Shown piece by piece: positions 1 to 10,255 of a DNA stretch of 64,000 nt. The notes under the pieces were generated by a model that searched no databases, was not told the origin of the DNA, and saw only the letters and a program-made list of their open reading frames with translations. Numbering within the stretch: position 1 is the stretch's first letter; each line of letters starts with the position of its first letter. Source of the stretch: an uncultured delta proteobacterium (GTDB lineage Bacteria; Desulfobacterota; Desulfobacteria; Desulfobacterales; JAFDCJ01); contig CAVYNY010000008.1 of the NCBI GenBank assembly GCA_963769935.1, forward strand, positions 32,001 to 96,000. The letters run 5' to 3'. The position numbers and the translations under genes are program-made.

Positions 1-65
1 TTGTCCCAAATTCCGCATTCATTCTGATTATTAGCAGCTGTCATGTTATACCATTATCTCCATTT

Positions 66-1040
66 TCAATTTATCACCTGCGCAAACTTCGCTTTTATCA
101 GCGCTTCAGCCTCGACCATGATCCGATCCAGCAGTTCCTTGCAGGTAGGTATGTCACGCACGAGCCCCATGCTCTGTCCGGCGGACATGACCCCCTTTTC
201 CATGTTCCCGTCTTCAAGCATTTCTTTGCCGACCAGGCCGGAAACATAGGCTGCAATGTCTTCGATGCGGGTGTTGCCGCGGGTTTCGATTTCCAAAACC
301 TTGTCAACCGTTTGATTGTGAAGCACGCGCTCGGTATTGCGCAGGGTGCGCATGATCAGGCGCGTGCTGCGTTCATCGTGATTAACCAGCGCCTGTTTGA
401 CATTTTCATGCACCGGTGCTTCTTTGGTGGCCACAAAGCGCGTTCCCATGTTCATGGCGTCGGCCCCGAGTCCCAGACATCCCACCAGGCCGCGGCCGTC
501 GGCAAAACCGCCGGATGCGATAATCGGCAGGCGGATGGCGTCGCGGGTGAGCGGAATCAGGATCAGGGAAGTGACGTCGTCTTCCCCGGGATGTCCGGCC
601 GCCTCGAATCCGTCGATGCTGACCGCATCACAACCGATTTTTTCGGCTTTGACGGCGTGGCGCACCGAAGTGCACTTGTGAACTACTATGATACCCGCGG
701 ACTTGAGTTGATCGAGGTAGGGTTCCGGGTTGCGGCCGGCGGTTTCGATAAACTTGATGCCTTCTTCAATGCAAACGTCGATGTAGGCCGGATAGTCGAT
801 CGGCCTCAGGGTCGGCAGAAAAGTTAGATTGACGCCGAAGGGTTTATCCGTCATTGCCCGGCACTTGCGGATTTCAGCCCGCAACATCTCCGCCTCCGAA
901 AATGTCAGGGCCGTCATAAAACCGATCCCGCCGGCATTGGCCACGGCCGCCGCAAGCTCGGCCCGGGCAATCCACATTAAGCCGCCCTGGACGATGGGAC
1001 GTTCGATGCCGAACAATTCCGTGATGCGCGTTTTAAGCAT
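66..1040 (-). CDS. Nitronate monooxygenase / FabK-like flavin oxidoreductase (2-nitropropane dioxygenase family)
   Basis: PIVQGGL, KPFGVN, GFEAAGH, IASGGFADGRG and MGTRF motifs; start moved to the ATG at 1040 (MLKTRITELF). Confidence 0.9.
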   Translation of the reverse strand: MLKTRITELFGIERPIVQGGLMWIARAELAAAVANAGGIGFMTALTFSEAEMLRAEIRKCRAMTDKPFGVNLTFLPTLRPIDYPAYIDVCIEEGIKFIETAGRNPEPYLDQLKSAGIIVVHKCTSVRHAVKAEKIGCDAVSIDGFEAAGHPGEDDVTSLILIPLTRDAIRLPIIASGGFADGRGLVGCLGLGADAMNMGTRFVATKEAPVHENVKQALVNHDERSTRLIMRTLRNTERVLHNQTVDKVLEIETRGNTRIEDIAAYVSGLVGKEMLEDGNMEKGVMSAGQSMGLVRDIPTCKELLDRIMVEAEALIKAKFAQVIN

Positions 1041-1268
1041 AACTTTTCTAATCTCCTTTTTTTTATCGCAGAGCACGCAAAGATCACAGAGTCAAAGTCT
1101 ACATAATTGAATACTGAATATTTATAGTCTTTTATCGGCTAGCGATTCCACCATAAACGCATTATATTTTTAAAATCGAGCCTCCAGTCCGCAATTCTGT
1201 GCACACAAAACACACCCGGTTTTATGCCATTCGCCTATTTCACTCTCTCCTGTTTGGTGTTTTTCCAT

Positions 1269-2415
1269 TCAATAGTCTGGTCCTAACGCTTTGATATGTC
1301 GCTCAAAATTGGTAGTTCCCGTGACCGTGTATTTATTTACGTCGGTTGGCATCACATCGCCGCTTTTGATGAGGAGCTCACAGTGACTGACTATTTCATT
1401 GGCCGCCATCAGGCGCCCGAATCCCTCGAGCAGTTTTTCTTCAAAATGTTTTCGGGCAATTGCTTTGTCGGTCATGGGTTCATCGGCTAAAATTTCGAGA
1501 ATGGCCGCACATCGTTCGATATGGTGTTGGATCAGTTGATTGACCCTGGTCTTCAACTGGATGCCGTTCCAATGGCCGGCGTAATAGAGCCGATGGGCGG
1601 GCAGGACCAACAGGTCGGGATATTGCTGCCCGATCTGCTCAAGTTTCTTCAAGGACTTGAGGTAACATTGCAGTCCAAAAATTGCTTCGGGGTTGAAATA
1701 TCGTGGCTTAATTATGGCAGCGACTTCATCGAACATGCCCTCGCGGGTGGGCCAGGGAGAAATATCCGGCAGCACGACGTCCCCGGTAATGAGAGCTTCC
1801 GTTGGCCTATTAAGACTGCCAGACAGTCCGGGCTGTGGCCCGGCAGGTGGAAAGCTGTGGATATCAGGCCCTAACGGATCGTTTCGCCGTCATTAATCTT
1901 TTCCACCACCAAATTTTGCAAAACCTTATGGTAGTCCCAGGCAATTTTTTGATCCAAAAGGTTTCCGGCATCATACAGTGCCAGCATTTGGCCGGAAAAT
2001 TCTGTTTATGCCCCGCGGGCGCATTTTCGGGATACCGACGAATCAAAAGATCATAAATGGCATGCGCTTTTACCTTGAGCCGGGTCGATTCTACCAGTTC
2101 CGCCAGACCACCGTCATGGTCCTCATGGCCGTGGCTGATTAAAACGAAATCGAGATCCTCGGACTTGATACCGGCCGTTTCCAGCATGCCGACAAGGTTT
2201 TCGCCCTGCCCGAAACGTCCGGCATCCACCAGAAATGGTTTGTCCGCCATCACGGCATAATTCCAGGTTGGCCCCAGATCCCAGTGGCCACCGTAGTAAT
2301 TTTTAGTGGGAAGGCCGAATATTTCCAGCCCCGACGGCAATTGGAACTGGACGACCATTCCATTGCCGTTCTCATCGCCTGGATGAATTATCTTTTTTAA
2401 GTATTGCTCCGACAT
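1269..2415 (-). CDS. Metallo-beta-lactamase-fold hydrolase, split by indels at about 1870-1950
   Basis: SHGHEDHDGG (HxHxDH) in ORF 1864..2430; LPGHSPD in the bridging frame and LVLPAH in ORF 1269..1775. Confidence 0.8.
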
Positions 2416-2461
2416 GATACCGATAACCAACTGTGTTCAATGGATTTGAATCATTTTAAAT

Positions 2462-2484
2462 TCGCGGTTAAAAACCGCTCCCAC
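2462..2484 (-). repeat. REP-like palindrome, GTGG-headed
   Basis: Minus strand GTGGGAGCGGTTTTTAACCGCGA, nearly identical to 37294..37315. Confidence 0.7.
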
Positions 2485-2587
2485 AAACATATGGATGTTG
2501 ATGTCTCTGATTAGCGAAAGGAAATATTTGTCAGTTGATCCGCCGGAGACCAAACACCGGACAATTGACAACATACAATTGAAAACT

Positions 2588-3007
2588 TTAAATCGATTTC
2601 TCCCACCCCTGCCCGAAATCCGCCAACGGCCTGATTTCGTGGATTTCAAATGTTACCGCCGCATGCATCATTTTAGCAGCATTTTCTCCCGCATGTTTTG
2701 CCACGGCAGCCTTTAATTGATCCAGTTTCTTACCGGAGGTTTGGCAATCGATCATGGTGACGTATATTCTGACACCTTTCCAATCCATTATGCTCTTGCC
2801 CGGCTCCATGACCATAAACACGGCGTTGGGATTTTCCTGCAAGTTGGCAAAAGTGCGGTTATTGCCGAGTCCCATGAAAATAGTTTTTTCATCCATCATC
2901 CGCGGGGATCCAAAATAAGCCGAATTGACTTTGCCACTACTATCAGCTGTGCTGAGGGTGCCAAGCCGCGGCTGTTTGTTAAAGTATTCCATTAACCTTT
3001 CAGCCAT
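2588..3007 (-). CDS. Pyridoxamine 5'-phosphate oxidase-family (split barrel) protein
   Basis: LGTLSTAD..G.VN, RTFANLQENP and GVRIY pattern; 139 aa. Confidence 0.8.
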   Translation of the reverse strand: MAERLMEYFNKQPRLGTLSTADSSGKVNSAYFGSPRMMDEKTIFMGLGNNRTFANLQENPNAVFMVMEPGKSIMDWKGVRIYVTMIDCQTSGKKLDQLKAAVAKHAGENAAKMMHAAVTFEIHEIRPLADFGQGWEKSI

Positions 3008-3047
3008 AGTAAACCTCTCACTTTCATAGGGTAATCGTTATTGGTTA

Positions 3048-3506
3048 TTAGCTTCCTGTTTGTCTCTTTTTCATAATCGCATAGGTAGCCAGGCCTTTGG
3101 CAATCAGGGCATCATTTTCATCTCTGACATCAACATCCCCGATAGCCGTCTGGGTTCCTTTGTGAACAATTTTTGCCTCGGCAATAATTGCACTTTCTTT
3201 TACAGGCTTCAGATAATTAATTTTCATTTCCAGCGTCGATATATTTTCATCCCGGCCAATCAGGCCAACCAGTGCCATACCGACGGCGGAATCGGCCGGT
3301 GAAAATATGGCGCCACCGTGTACCAACCCGACGGCATTGGTCAGTTTATCATTAAAAGGAAGCCTGACCTTCGCCCAGCCTTTTTTAACTTCCATAAGCT
3401 CCATGCCAAGCAGGGACCAAAAGGGATTCCGGGTCTTCATCCAATCCAGCATCGCCGCTTTAAACTGCGGTGCCAGCTCTTCATATTCCGTCACAATTTC
3501 CACCAT
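3048..3506 (-). CDS. PaaI-family hot-dog thioesterase
   Basis: NAVGLVHGGAIFSPADSA and TLEMKINYLKP motifs. Confidence 0.9.
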   Translation of the reverse strand: MVEIVTEYEELAPQFKAAMLDWMKTRNPFWSLLGMELMEVKKGWAKVRLPFNDKLTNAVGLVHGGAIFSPADSAVGMALVGLIGRDENISTLEMKINYLKPVKESAIIAEAKIVHKGTQTAIGDVDVRDENDALIAKGLATYAIMKKRQTGS

Positions 3507-3718
3507 GTCGTATTTCCAATAATTAGGACACGGATTTTCTCAGATTTTCACAGATCACAGATTAGTTGATGAGCTCATAAGTTGTTAAGCTCTTTAGCAA
3601 AGGTATCTGAGCCTATTTCAGAGAAGCTTAACAGCTCAAGAACTTACGAACTCGTACAAAATCCGCTATCGAGACTCTCCGTGTCCCTCTTTAAAAAGCT
3701 AAAATCATTTGAACAAAA

Positions 3719-4606
3719 CTACTTCAAAAAGTCGCGAATCAGCGCATTTACCCGCTGCGGCTGCTCGTGGCTTACCCAATGGGTACCGTCTGGTATGCGT
3801 TTGACTGTCAGATCGTCGACATACTCCTCAAGGCCATCCAGGTTGCCGGAGAGAAGCGCCTGGTCCTCTTCGCCCCAGATGACCAGGCTCGGCACCTTTA
3901 CCGCCAGCAATTCACGGGGCAGATTTAAAATACTTTTTATCTTTTGGATATCTTCCGGCGAGGTGGGCGGATAAAGCGGCGACGCCCGGTAATAATTCAA
4001 GCCCCCGGTCAGAGCTCCGGGCTGCGACCAGGCCTCAATATATTTTAAGCGAACTTCCTCCGTCATTTTCCACTTGCTGCCGAATTGAGAAAGGACATCC
4101 ACCAGCCTGGCATAACTATTTTCCGACAGGATCCGTTCTGCCTGGGGTGACCGGAACAGCAGCATGTACTGGCTGGCCTTTTGCTGCTCGGGATTGTTCA
4201 ACAATTCCCGGGCGAAGACCGCCGGATGCGGGGCATTAATGATGACAAGCTTTTCCAGGCATTCCGGGTGGCGCATGGCAACAGACCAGGCCACCGCCCC
4301 ACCCCAGTCGTGAGCCACCAGAATAAATTTTTGATGTCCCAGATGTTCGGCCAGCGCCCGCAGGTCTTCAATGAGGCTCCCGGCATGATAGGCGTCGACA
4401 TTTCCGGGTTTGGCGGACAGATTATATCCGCGCATGTCGAGGGCCACGGCCTGGTGGTCTTGACCGAACTCGATCAGCTGATCTTCCCACTCGCCCCAGA
4501 ATTCGGGAAAACCGTGCACGAACATAATCATCTTTCCCTGTCCCACGCTCACATAGTGCAGGCGGAGGCCGTTAACGTCAGCGTATTGACTCTCAAAGGC
4601 AGGCAT
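3719..4606 (-). CDS. Alpha/beta hydrolase, epoxide hydrolase-like
   Basis: HGFPE, DMRGY, AHDWGG nucleophile elbow, NYYRA, THWVSHE. Confidence 0.9.
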   Translation of the reverse strand: MPAFESQYADVNGLRLHYVSVGQGKMIMFVHGFPEFWGEWEDQLIEFGQDHQAVALDMRGYNLSAKPGNVDAYHAGSLIEDLRALAEHLGHQKFILVAHDWGGAVAWSVAMRHPECLEKLVIINAPHPAVFARELLNNPEQQKASQYMLLFRSPQAERILSENSYARLVDVLSQFGSKWKMTEEVRLKYIEAWSQPGALTGGLNYYRASPLYPPTSPEDIQKIKSILNLPRELLAVKVPSLVIWGEEDQALLSGNLDGLEEYVDDLTVKRIPDGTHWVSHEQPQRVNALIRDFLK

Positions 4607-4939
4607 GACTCAACTCCTTGCTATGGAATAAAATCAAATGAAAGCGATCATCGTTCTACTAAACGCTCACATTTTAATTATAGAAATTAAAATATTCCGA
4701 TTGCTCCCGATTTGCAATAACAAACCCGAGTGTTGCGCGCATAATCCTTAACTTGGATTTCTTCTTTTTAAAAAAAGTTAGACTCCATACTTCGATTTTA
4801 TACCTTGGCGGTTGAAGGCCTACGTCAAATCCGTGACCCTGGTGGCATTTTTATCTTTATCCACCTCATTTAAGTTTTCCGTGAGATAATTTAACTATCT
4901 GAAATTAAGGCTAATAAATATTCTTGAGAACCAATGAAC

Positions 4940-4955
4940 TGGTACAATTCTTGCT
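4940..4955 (+). promoter_or_regulatory. Putative sigma54 (-24/-12) promoter upstream of the ClpP-like gene
   Basis: TGGTACAATTCTTGCT has GG-N10-GC spacing and closely matches TGGCAC-N5-TTGC; AT-rich tract just upstream. Confidence 0.65.
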
Positions 4956-5261
4956 TTATCTCGTTCGAGTACTCCAAAACCAATTAAACGACTCGGGATT
5001 TCTACAGCTTAGACGGAGTATTTTTAAGGCCTGCGTTTTTGACGCAACCATGGAATAATGGAATATTGGCCTCCGGATCGTAGAGCCTACGGCTCGGAGA
5101 GAACGACGGGATAGTCGGGTTTAAAGCACAATAATTCATTTTTAACATTATCTTCCAAATGAATTTTCCCGTTGCCCTATAATGCAGTTTATTAGACCCA
5201 TTTTTCCAATATTCCGGCATTCCACTTGGGGCGAGGCCCCTAAATTGTAGGAGGGTCGATT

Positions 5262-5990
5262 ATGTCTAGAAATTTTTTATTCATCACTGTTTTAGGTATT
5301 TTTCTTGCCGGTTGCGCTGCGACAGGATCCCTGACGCCGCAACATCCCCAGAAAATCGTCGTCAGAGTTCAGGCAGCGGAATCGAAAAAAGCCGTAGCTA
5401 ATGATGGTGAAGGCGTCATCAAATCCATGGAGGTTCCGAATCAGGAATGCCAGCTTTCGGAGCTGTCGTTTATTTTGAAAGACAAGGCATTTGTTAAAAT
5501 TTTCTCCGATTTATCGGTAGCGGATGTTACCCGATTGTGGAATGACATCATTTTTCTGGAAACCAATTCCAATATACGCGATATTAATCTGTTTATCAAT
5601 TCTCCGGGTGGTGATGCCTTTTCAGGGCTGGCGCTTGCCGATCAGATCGAGCGCGCGCAACGCCATGGCTTTCATATCACCGCGCATGCCTCGGGCATCA
5701 TTGCCAGTGCCGCAGTTCCGGTTTTAGCAGTCTGCAAGGTCAGACTGGCTGCACCGGGAACGCTTTTTATGGTCCATGAAACTGAGCTCTGGAAGTGGCC
5801 GGGACGCGAAACGGCTTCGGATATCAACGCCCAAAACGACTTGATGATGCTTTTGAAGGACCGCTATATCGCCAAACTGGTAAGCACCACCAAACTGGAT
5901 AAGAATAAATGGGAACAGTTGGAAAGCCAGACAACATGGTTCAGTGCCGATAAAGCCCAGGAATGGGGTCTGGTGGATAGAATAGAATAA
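5262..5990 (+). CDS. ClpP-like (peptidase S14) protease with lipoprotein signal peptide
   Basis: INLFINSPGG, GIIASAA (Ser), FMVHE (His), WFSADKAQEWGLVDRI; N-terminal hydrophobic stretch ending in lipobox LAGC (Cys18). Confidence 0.85.
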   Translation: MSRNFLFITVLGIFLAGCAATGSLTPQHPQKIVVRVQAAESKKAVANDGEGVIKSMEVPNQECQLSELSFILKDKAFVKIFSDLSVADVTRLWNDIIFLETNSNIRDINLFINSPGGDAFSGLALADQIERAQRHGFHITAHASGIIASAAVPVLAVCKVRLAAPGTLFMVHETELWKWPGRETASDINAQNDLMMLLKDRYIAKLVSTTKLDKNKWEQLESQTTWFSADKAQEWGLVDRIE

Positions 5991-6088
5991 AAGGCACTCA
6001 TCAGGACTGCATAACGAGGACTGAGGACTGAGTTAAAGAGAATTTGGACGATGGAAATTGCCACATGCTCAGTCCTCGGCACCCATCG

Positions 6089-6395
6089 CTATTCTACTCG
6101 CTTCTTTTTTGTCAACCAGGCTGCCAGGACACCGGATATAAACCCGAAAAGATGGCCCGACCAGCTGGTTCCCGGAATATAAACCAACAAAGATTGAACC
6201 GCCCCGCCATATAAGATCAGAACGGCTGCGGAAATTATCAACGCCGTCCATTCGCGACGGAATGCACCCATGGTCATCAAAAAGCCGATCAGACCGAAAA
6301 TAACCCCACTGGCACCGATGTGAACGGCTCCCCCCCTGCCGAACAACCATACCAAACCGCCGCCCAAAAGCATGATGGTCAACAGGGCTTTAAAT
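6089..6395 (-). pseudogene. Rhomboid intramembrane serine protease, 5'-truncated
   Basis: HIGASGVIFG and SWSGHLFG catalytic motifs present; the N-terminal helices typical of the family are missing; breakpoint approximate. Confidence 0.75.
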
Positions 6396-6780
6396 GTTAG
6401 AGCCCGACTGTAAGATAACGATACCATCAACATTTGCAAAGAATGCCCGCTGAGGTCACTATCCAATACCTCGTTTAGCACTTTCTTCGCGGATTTTCAA
6501 TTCGTTGATCCGGTACGGCAAGCACCGGGCAGTTTTAAACTTCAAAGGCCTATGACCCGCGCATAAACGGAGTTGCTGATAGACAAAAGACTTGACACGC
6601 GTACCACCTTAAGGGAGATATCGTTTAAATTCTTCGACCTGAAAAATAATACCCCAACTGTCAGTTCGAGGGTGCAGCGAATTAATAAATTATACTCGAG
6701 ACCGAATTTATCGCTAACATGGCTGCGTCGCTTATGCGTGCTGCATTTGATTGCGCTTTGTTTTTCGGAGGTTCGCCGCT

Positions 6781-9700
6781 ATGGGCATAAAAGCGGTTTT
6801 TCAACAGATCTTAAGGAAGGCCGGCTCGCCGAAACGCGAGGCCCTGTCGTCGCCCACAACTGAATTCACCTATAAAGCCTTCATCTCATACAGCCATGCG
6901 GCCGACGGAAAGCTGGCGCCGGCCGTTCAAACGGGGTTACATCGATTTGCCAAGCCCTGGTACCGGCTGAGAGCCATGAGAGTTTTCCGCGACGAGACCA
7001 CGCTTGCGACCAGTCCGGAACTTTGGCCATCCATCGAATCGGCGCTAATGCGTTCTGAATTTTTCTTGTTTCTTGCCTCACCCGAGTCAGCGAAATCATA
7101 TTGGGTGCGTAAAGAGTTCGAATTTTGGTTGAGCCGACGCTCGAAGGGCCGGATGTTGATTATTCTGACAGACGGCGAAATTCTCTGGGACCGCAAGGCG
7201 CGTGATTTCGACTGGTCCGCAACAACGGCCATACCAACGGACGTTGGGCACGGATTTCAGGATGAACCATTGTATCTGGATCTGCGATGGGCCAAGACCC
7301 AGGAGCATTTATCCCTTAGAAACCTGACTTTTCGTTCAGCTATCGCAGATGTTGCCAGCACGCTTCTGGGACGCCCGAAAGATGAACTGATCGGCGAGGA
7401 TGTGCGCCGCCACCGGCAGACGCGACGCATCACGTGGTCTGCAATCGCTGCGCTTGCACTTCTGACCGCTGCCTCCATCGTGGCCGCAGTCATCGCCGTT
7501 CGGAACCAAGCGATCGCCGAGACACGGGGAGCGATCGCCCTGTCACGCCAGCTTGCCGCCCAGGCAGTATCACTTGCCGGCAGCGAACGCGGTGATCTCT
7601 CGTTGCTGTTGGGTATGGAGGCTCTCAAAGTCAGACCAACGGTTGATGCCAGAAACGGCCTGCTGGCTGCGCTCATACGTGATCCGCGCCGACGCTTCCA
7701 TCTCCATGGCCATATGGGCGAAATCATTAGTTTGGCCTTCACAGCCGATGGCCGGGAGCTGTTGTCACTGGGGTGCGAGGGGCTCGACACCCTCGGTCTT
7801 TGCAAGCACTTCGGCGTGCGCCGCTGGGATGCAAACAGCGGCCAAACCAAAGGGCTGGCGATTGTCGGCGGCGCGGACCCATGGACGTTATTGACCTCAA
7901 CCGGCGACGGCGAATCGATTGTCGTACAAGACCGCCACGGCAATGAATGGGACCCGAAGACGGGACGGCCTCTCGGACGGCGCTCAATAGTGAGCCGGAA
8001 AAGCCCGGATGGCAGGATCCTGGTCGAAACAGCCAACCATAGCTTGATTTTGCGTGCAGCGGATTCGAATCGGCAACTCGCAATTAAGTTCAGCACTGCT
8101 GGAGAGACGATGCGATCCGTAGAATTTAATAAATCGGCTGCTCTGGTTGCCATCGGCGGTTCCAAAGGCGAGCTGCAGCTCTGGGATACAGATGCGCTGC
8201 TGGCAGGTTCGCGTGATCCGCGCCGGATCATGGATGCTCACAGCGCCGCAGTGATTGATCTCGAATTCAGCCCGGACGGTCAATACCTCGTTACGGCCAG
8301 TTGGGATGATGCTGTTCTTCTGTGGAATCTGAACTCGGAGACCTCTCCGCGCCGACTCGCTGAAGGCGTCAATGTATCTTCCGTCATTTTCTCGCGGGAC
8401 GGGCGCTGGCTCGTCATAGCTGTCTCAATCGGCGATCGCGGAGGAGAGCTCCACTTATGGGATGCGCAACGATGGCAGCTGTTGGAAAAATTGGCTGGAA
8501 AGGCCCCGATCGCGCTTGACCCGCAGGGACGGTTACTGGCCGCAGCCGGCGCCGACGGCGCCGTCATCATGCGTGATCTCGATATAACCAGACCACTGGG
8601 AAGGCCCCTTTCGGACCCGGGTGATCCAATGTGTCTCACCTTCCTGGACGGGGGTCGGTTTCTCGCTGTCGGAGACCGTGATCAAACCTTAAGGGTCTGG
8701 GATGTCGAAAGCGGCCAGGCGGATCGCCCGCCCATCCACACGAAACAAAATTGGATTCAGGCGCTGGCTGCCCATCCGGACGGAAAGCATTTAGCCTCCG
8801 GCGGACAGGACGGAAGCGTCCTGCTCTGGAATCTGGAGAACCGCAGTTCTGAACCCGAACCTCAACTCGTTGGTCGCCATGAGGCGCCGGTCGAGGCCCT
8901 CGCTTTCAGCAAAGACGGTCGTTATCTCGTTTCGGGCGGCTTCGATGACAAACTGCGATTCTGGACCGTGAATACAGCCGATCAACCCCCAGGCATCGCC
9001 ACTATTGATACCGGGCAGGATATCTATGAGGTGGTGTTTGACCGCTCAGCTTCCCGCGTGGCTGCCGCTGCAGAAGATGGGACCGTTCTGATTTGGCAGT
9101 TGCTTACCAACGGCGCAGTCGGTCACGTTGTCGGCACGCACCTGCTTCAATCGGATGGCATGACCGGATTGGCGTTCGGACCGCAAGATCGGTTTCTGGT
9201 TTCGAGCAGCCTCGAACAAACTCAGCTCTGGGGTCTCGAGCCGAACGAACCCCGTGTCCGCGCCCCGATCGCGGGGAGCTTTGCGGCGCTGGACCCGAGC
9301 GGAAAGTTAATTGCCGTTGTGACAGACAGCGGCGAAATTCAGCTTGTTGACGTCGAGGCCTGGCGAATCTTCGATGCTACGCTGGGACGGCACGAGAATT
9401 TGGTCCACGCCATGGCCTTTAGTCCCGATGGGCGGCATCTCGCTTCTGCCGCCAAAGACGATCTTGTTCTGTGGGACGTGGATCTTGCCAGCTGGCTTGA
9501 ACGGGCCTGTGCAATCGCGCGCCGCAATCTGACGTCTGAGGAATGGGAAACTTACCTGGGCAGCCTGTCCTATCGCACAAGCTGTCCGGATACTGAGAAA
9601 CCGGCTGAGATTCCGCTTGACGCTGAGAGAGCGCTTGGACTTGCGGTCAGGGCAGCCAAGCTCGCAGAATCCGCCCAAGCCCGCTCATTTTTTACCAAAG

Positions 9701-10041
9701 CAGCCCAGCTGGCCGCGGCCGGCGATCATGCCGAGCTAGCCAACCGGATCTGCTGGTTCGGTGCTACGCGCGGTGCTTATGTCGAGGTTATGGTTGCCTG
9801 CGAGCGAGCGGTCGCGCTGGATCCCGATAACGCTGGGTTTCGCGACAGCCGCGGACTTGCCCGGGCTCAGGCGGGAGAAATCGCCAGCGCCATCGAGGAT
9901 TTCCGCACATACGTGGACGCCGTCAAGAAAGACAGCAACAAAGCGAATCGCCGTTCCCGGCGTCAGTCCTGGATTCAAGCCCTGGAGGCCGGCCGCGATC
10001 CGTTCGACTCCATGGAGCTTTACCGCATCCGGAATGAGTAA
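6781..10041 (+). CDS. TIR domain - transmembrane helix - WD40 beta-propeller - TPR-like protein
   Basis: AFISYSH..RVFRD..LASPESAKSYWVRKE (TIR); hydrophobic ITWSAIAALALLTAASIVAAVIAV; repeated H..FSPDG..LW(D/N) units; C-terminal ACERAVALDP..DSRGLARA. Confidence 0.9.
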   Translation: MGIKAVFQQILRKAGSPKREALSSPTTEFTYKAFISYSHAADGKLAPAVQTGLHRFAKPWYRLRAMRVFRDETTLATSPELWPSIESALMRSEFFLFLASPESAKSYWVRKEFEFWLSRRSKGRMLIILTDGEILWDRKARDFDWSATTAIPTDVGHGFQDEPLYLDLRWAKTQEHLSLRNLTFRSAIADVASTLLGRPKDELIGEDVRRHRQTRRITWSAIAALALLTAASIVAAVIAVRNQAIAETRGAIALSRQLAAQAVSLAGSERGDLSLLLGMEALKVRPTVDARNGLLAALIRDPRRRFHLHGHMGEIISLAFTADGRELLSLGCEGLDTLGLCKHFGVRRWDANSGQTKGLAIVGGADPWTLLTSTGDGESIVVQDRHGNEWDPKTGRPLGRRSIVSRKSPDGRILVETANHSLILRAADSNRQLAIKFSTAGETMRSVEFNKSAALVAIGGSKGELQLWDTDALLAGSRDPRRIMDAHSAAVIDLEFSPDGQYLVTASWDDAVLLWNLNSETSPRRLAEGVNVSSVIFSRDGRWLVIAVSIGDRGGELHLWDAQRWQLLEKLAGKAPIALDPQGRLLAAAGADGAVIMRDLDITRPLGRPLSDPGDPMCLTFLDGGRFLAVGDRDQTLRVWDVESGQADRPPIHTKQNWIQALAAHPDGKHLASGGQDGSVLLWNLENRSSEPEPQLVGRHEAPVEALAFSKDGRYLVSGGFDDKLRFWTVNTADQPPGIATIDTGQDIYEVVFDRSASRVAAAAEDGTVLIWQLLTNGAVGHVVGTHLLQSDGMTGLAFGPQDRFLVSSSLEQTQLWGLEPNEPRVRAPIAGSFAALDPSGKLIAVVTDSGEIQLVDVEAWRIFDATLGRHENLVHAMAFSPDGRHLASAAKDDLVLWDVDLASWLERACAIARRNLTSEEWETYLGSLSYRTSCPDTEKPAEIPLDAERALGLAVRAAKLAESAQARSFFTKAAQLAAAGDHAELANRICWFGATRGAYVEVMVACERAVALDPDNAGFRDSRGLARAQAGEIASAIEDFRTYVDAVKKDSNKANRRSRRQSWIQALEAGRDPFDSMELYRIRNE

Positions 10042-10255
10042 GAACCTGAGTTTTATACAAAAATACACCTCGGGGAAGCTGGAGGTCAAGTTATCGCAAT
10101 GGATTTGGACCGCTGGTTTTTGCAAAAAAACTAAGGTATTCAGAATCAGGGGAGATCTGCGGAAATCCATGTCCTCTAATTATCGCTGGTTTCCTGATAT
10201 TTAGTTTTGGTATTCGAAAAACCTTGAAGAAATCGAACAGGTTCTGCTAAGAATA

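Noticed and set aside
5262..5990. Prophage head-maturation protease
   Set aside because: No terminase, portal or capsid genes nearby, and the protein has a lipoprotein signal
6712..6783. Possible integron attC (CGCTAAC...GTTCGCC) just before the TIR start codon
   Set aside because: Boxes do not match RYYYAAC/GTTRRRY, arms pair poorly, no matching site after the gene and no integrase in the window
7257..8231. Long antisense ORFs (also 29618..30682, 43078..44010, 59735..60649)
   Set aside because: Shadows of well-supported genes on the opposite strand, with no motifs
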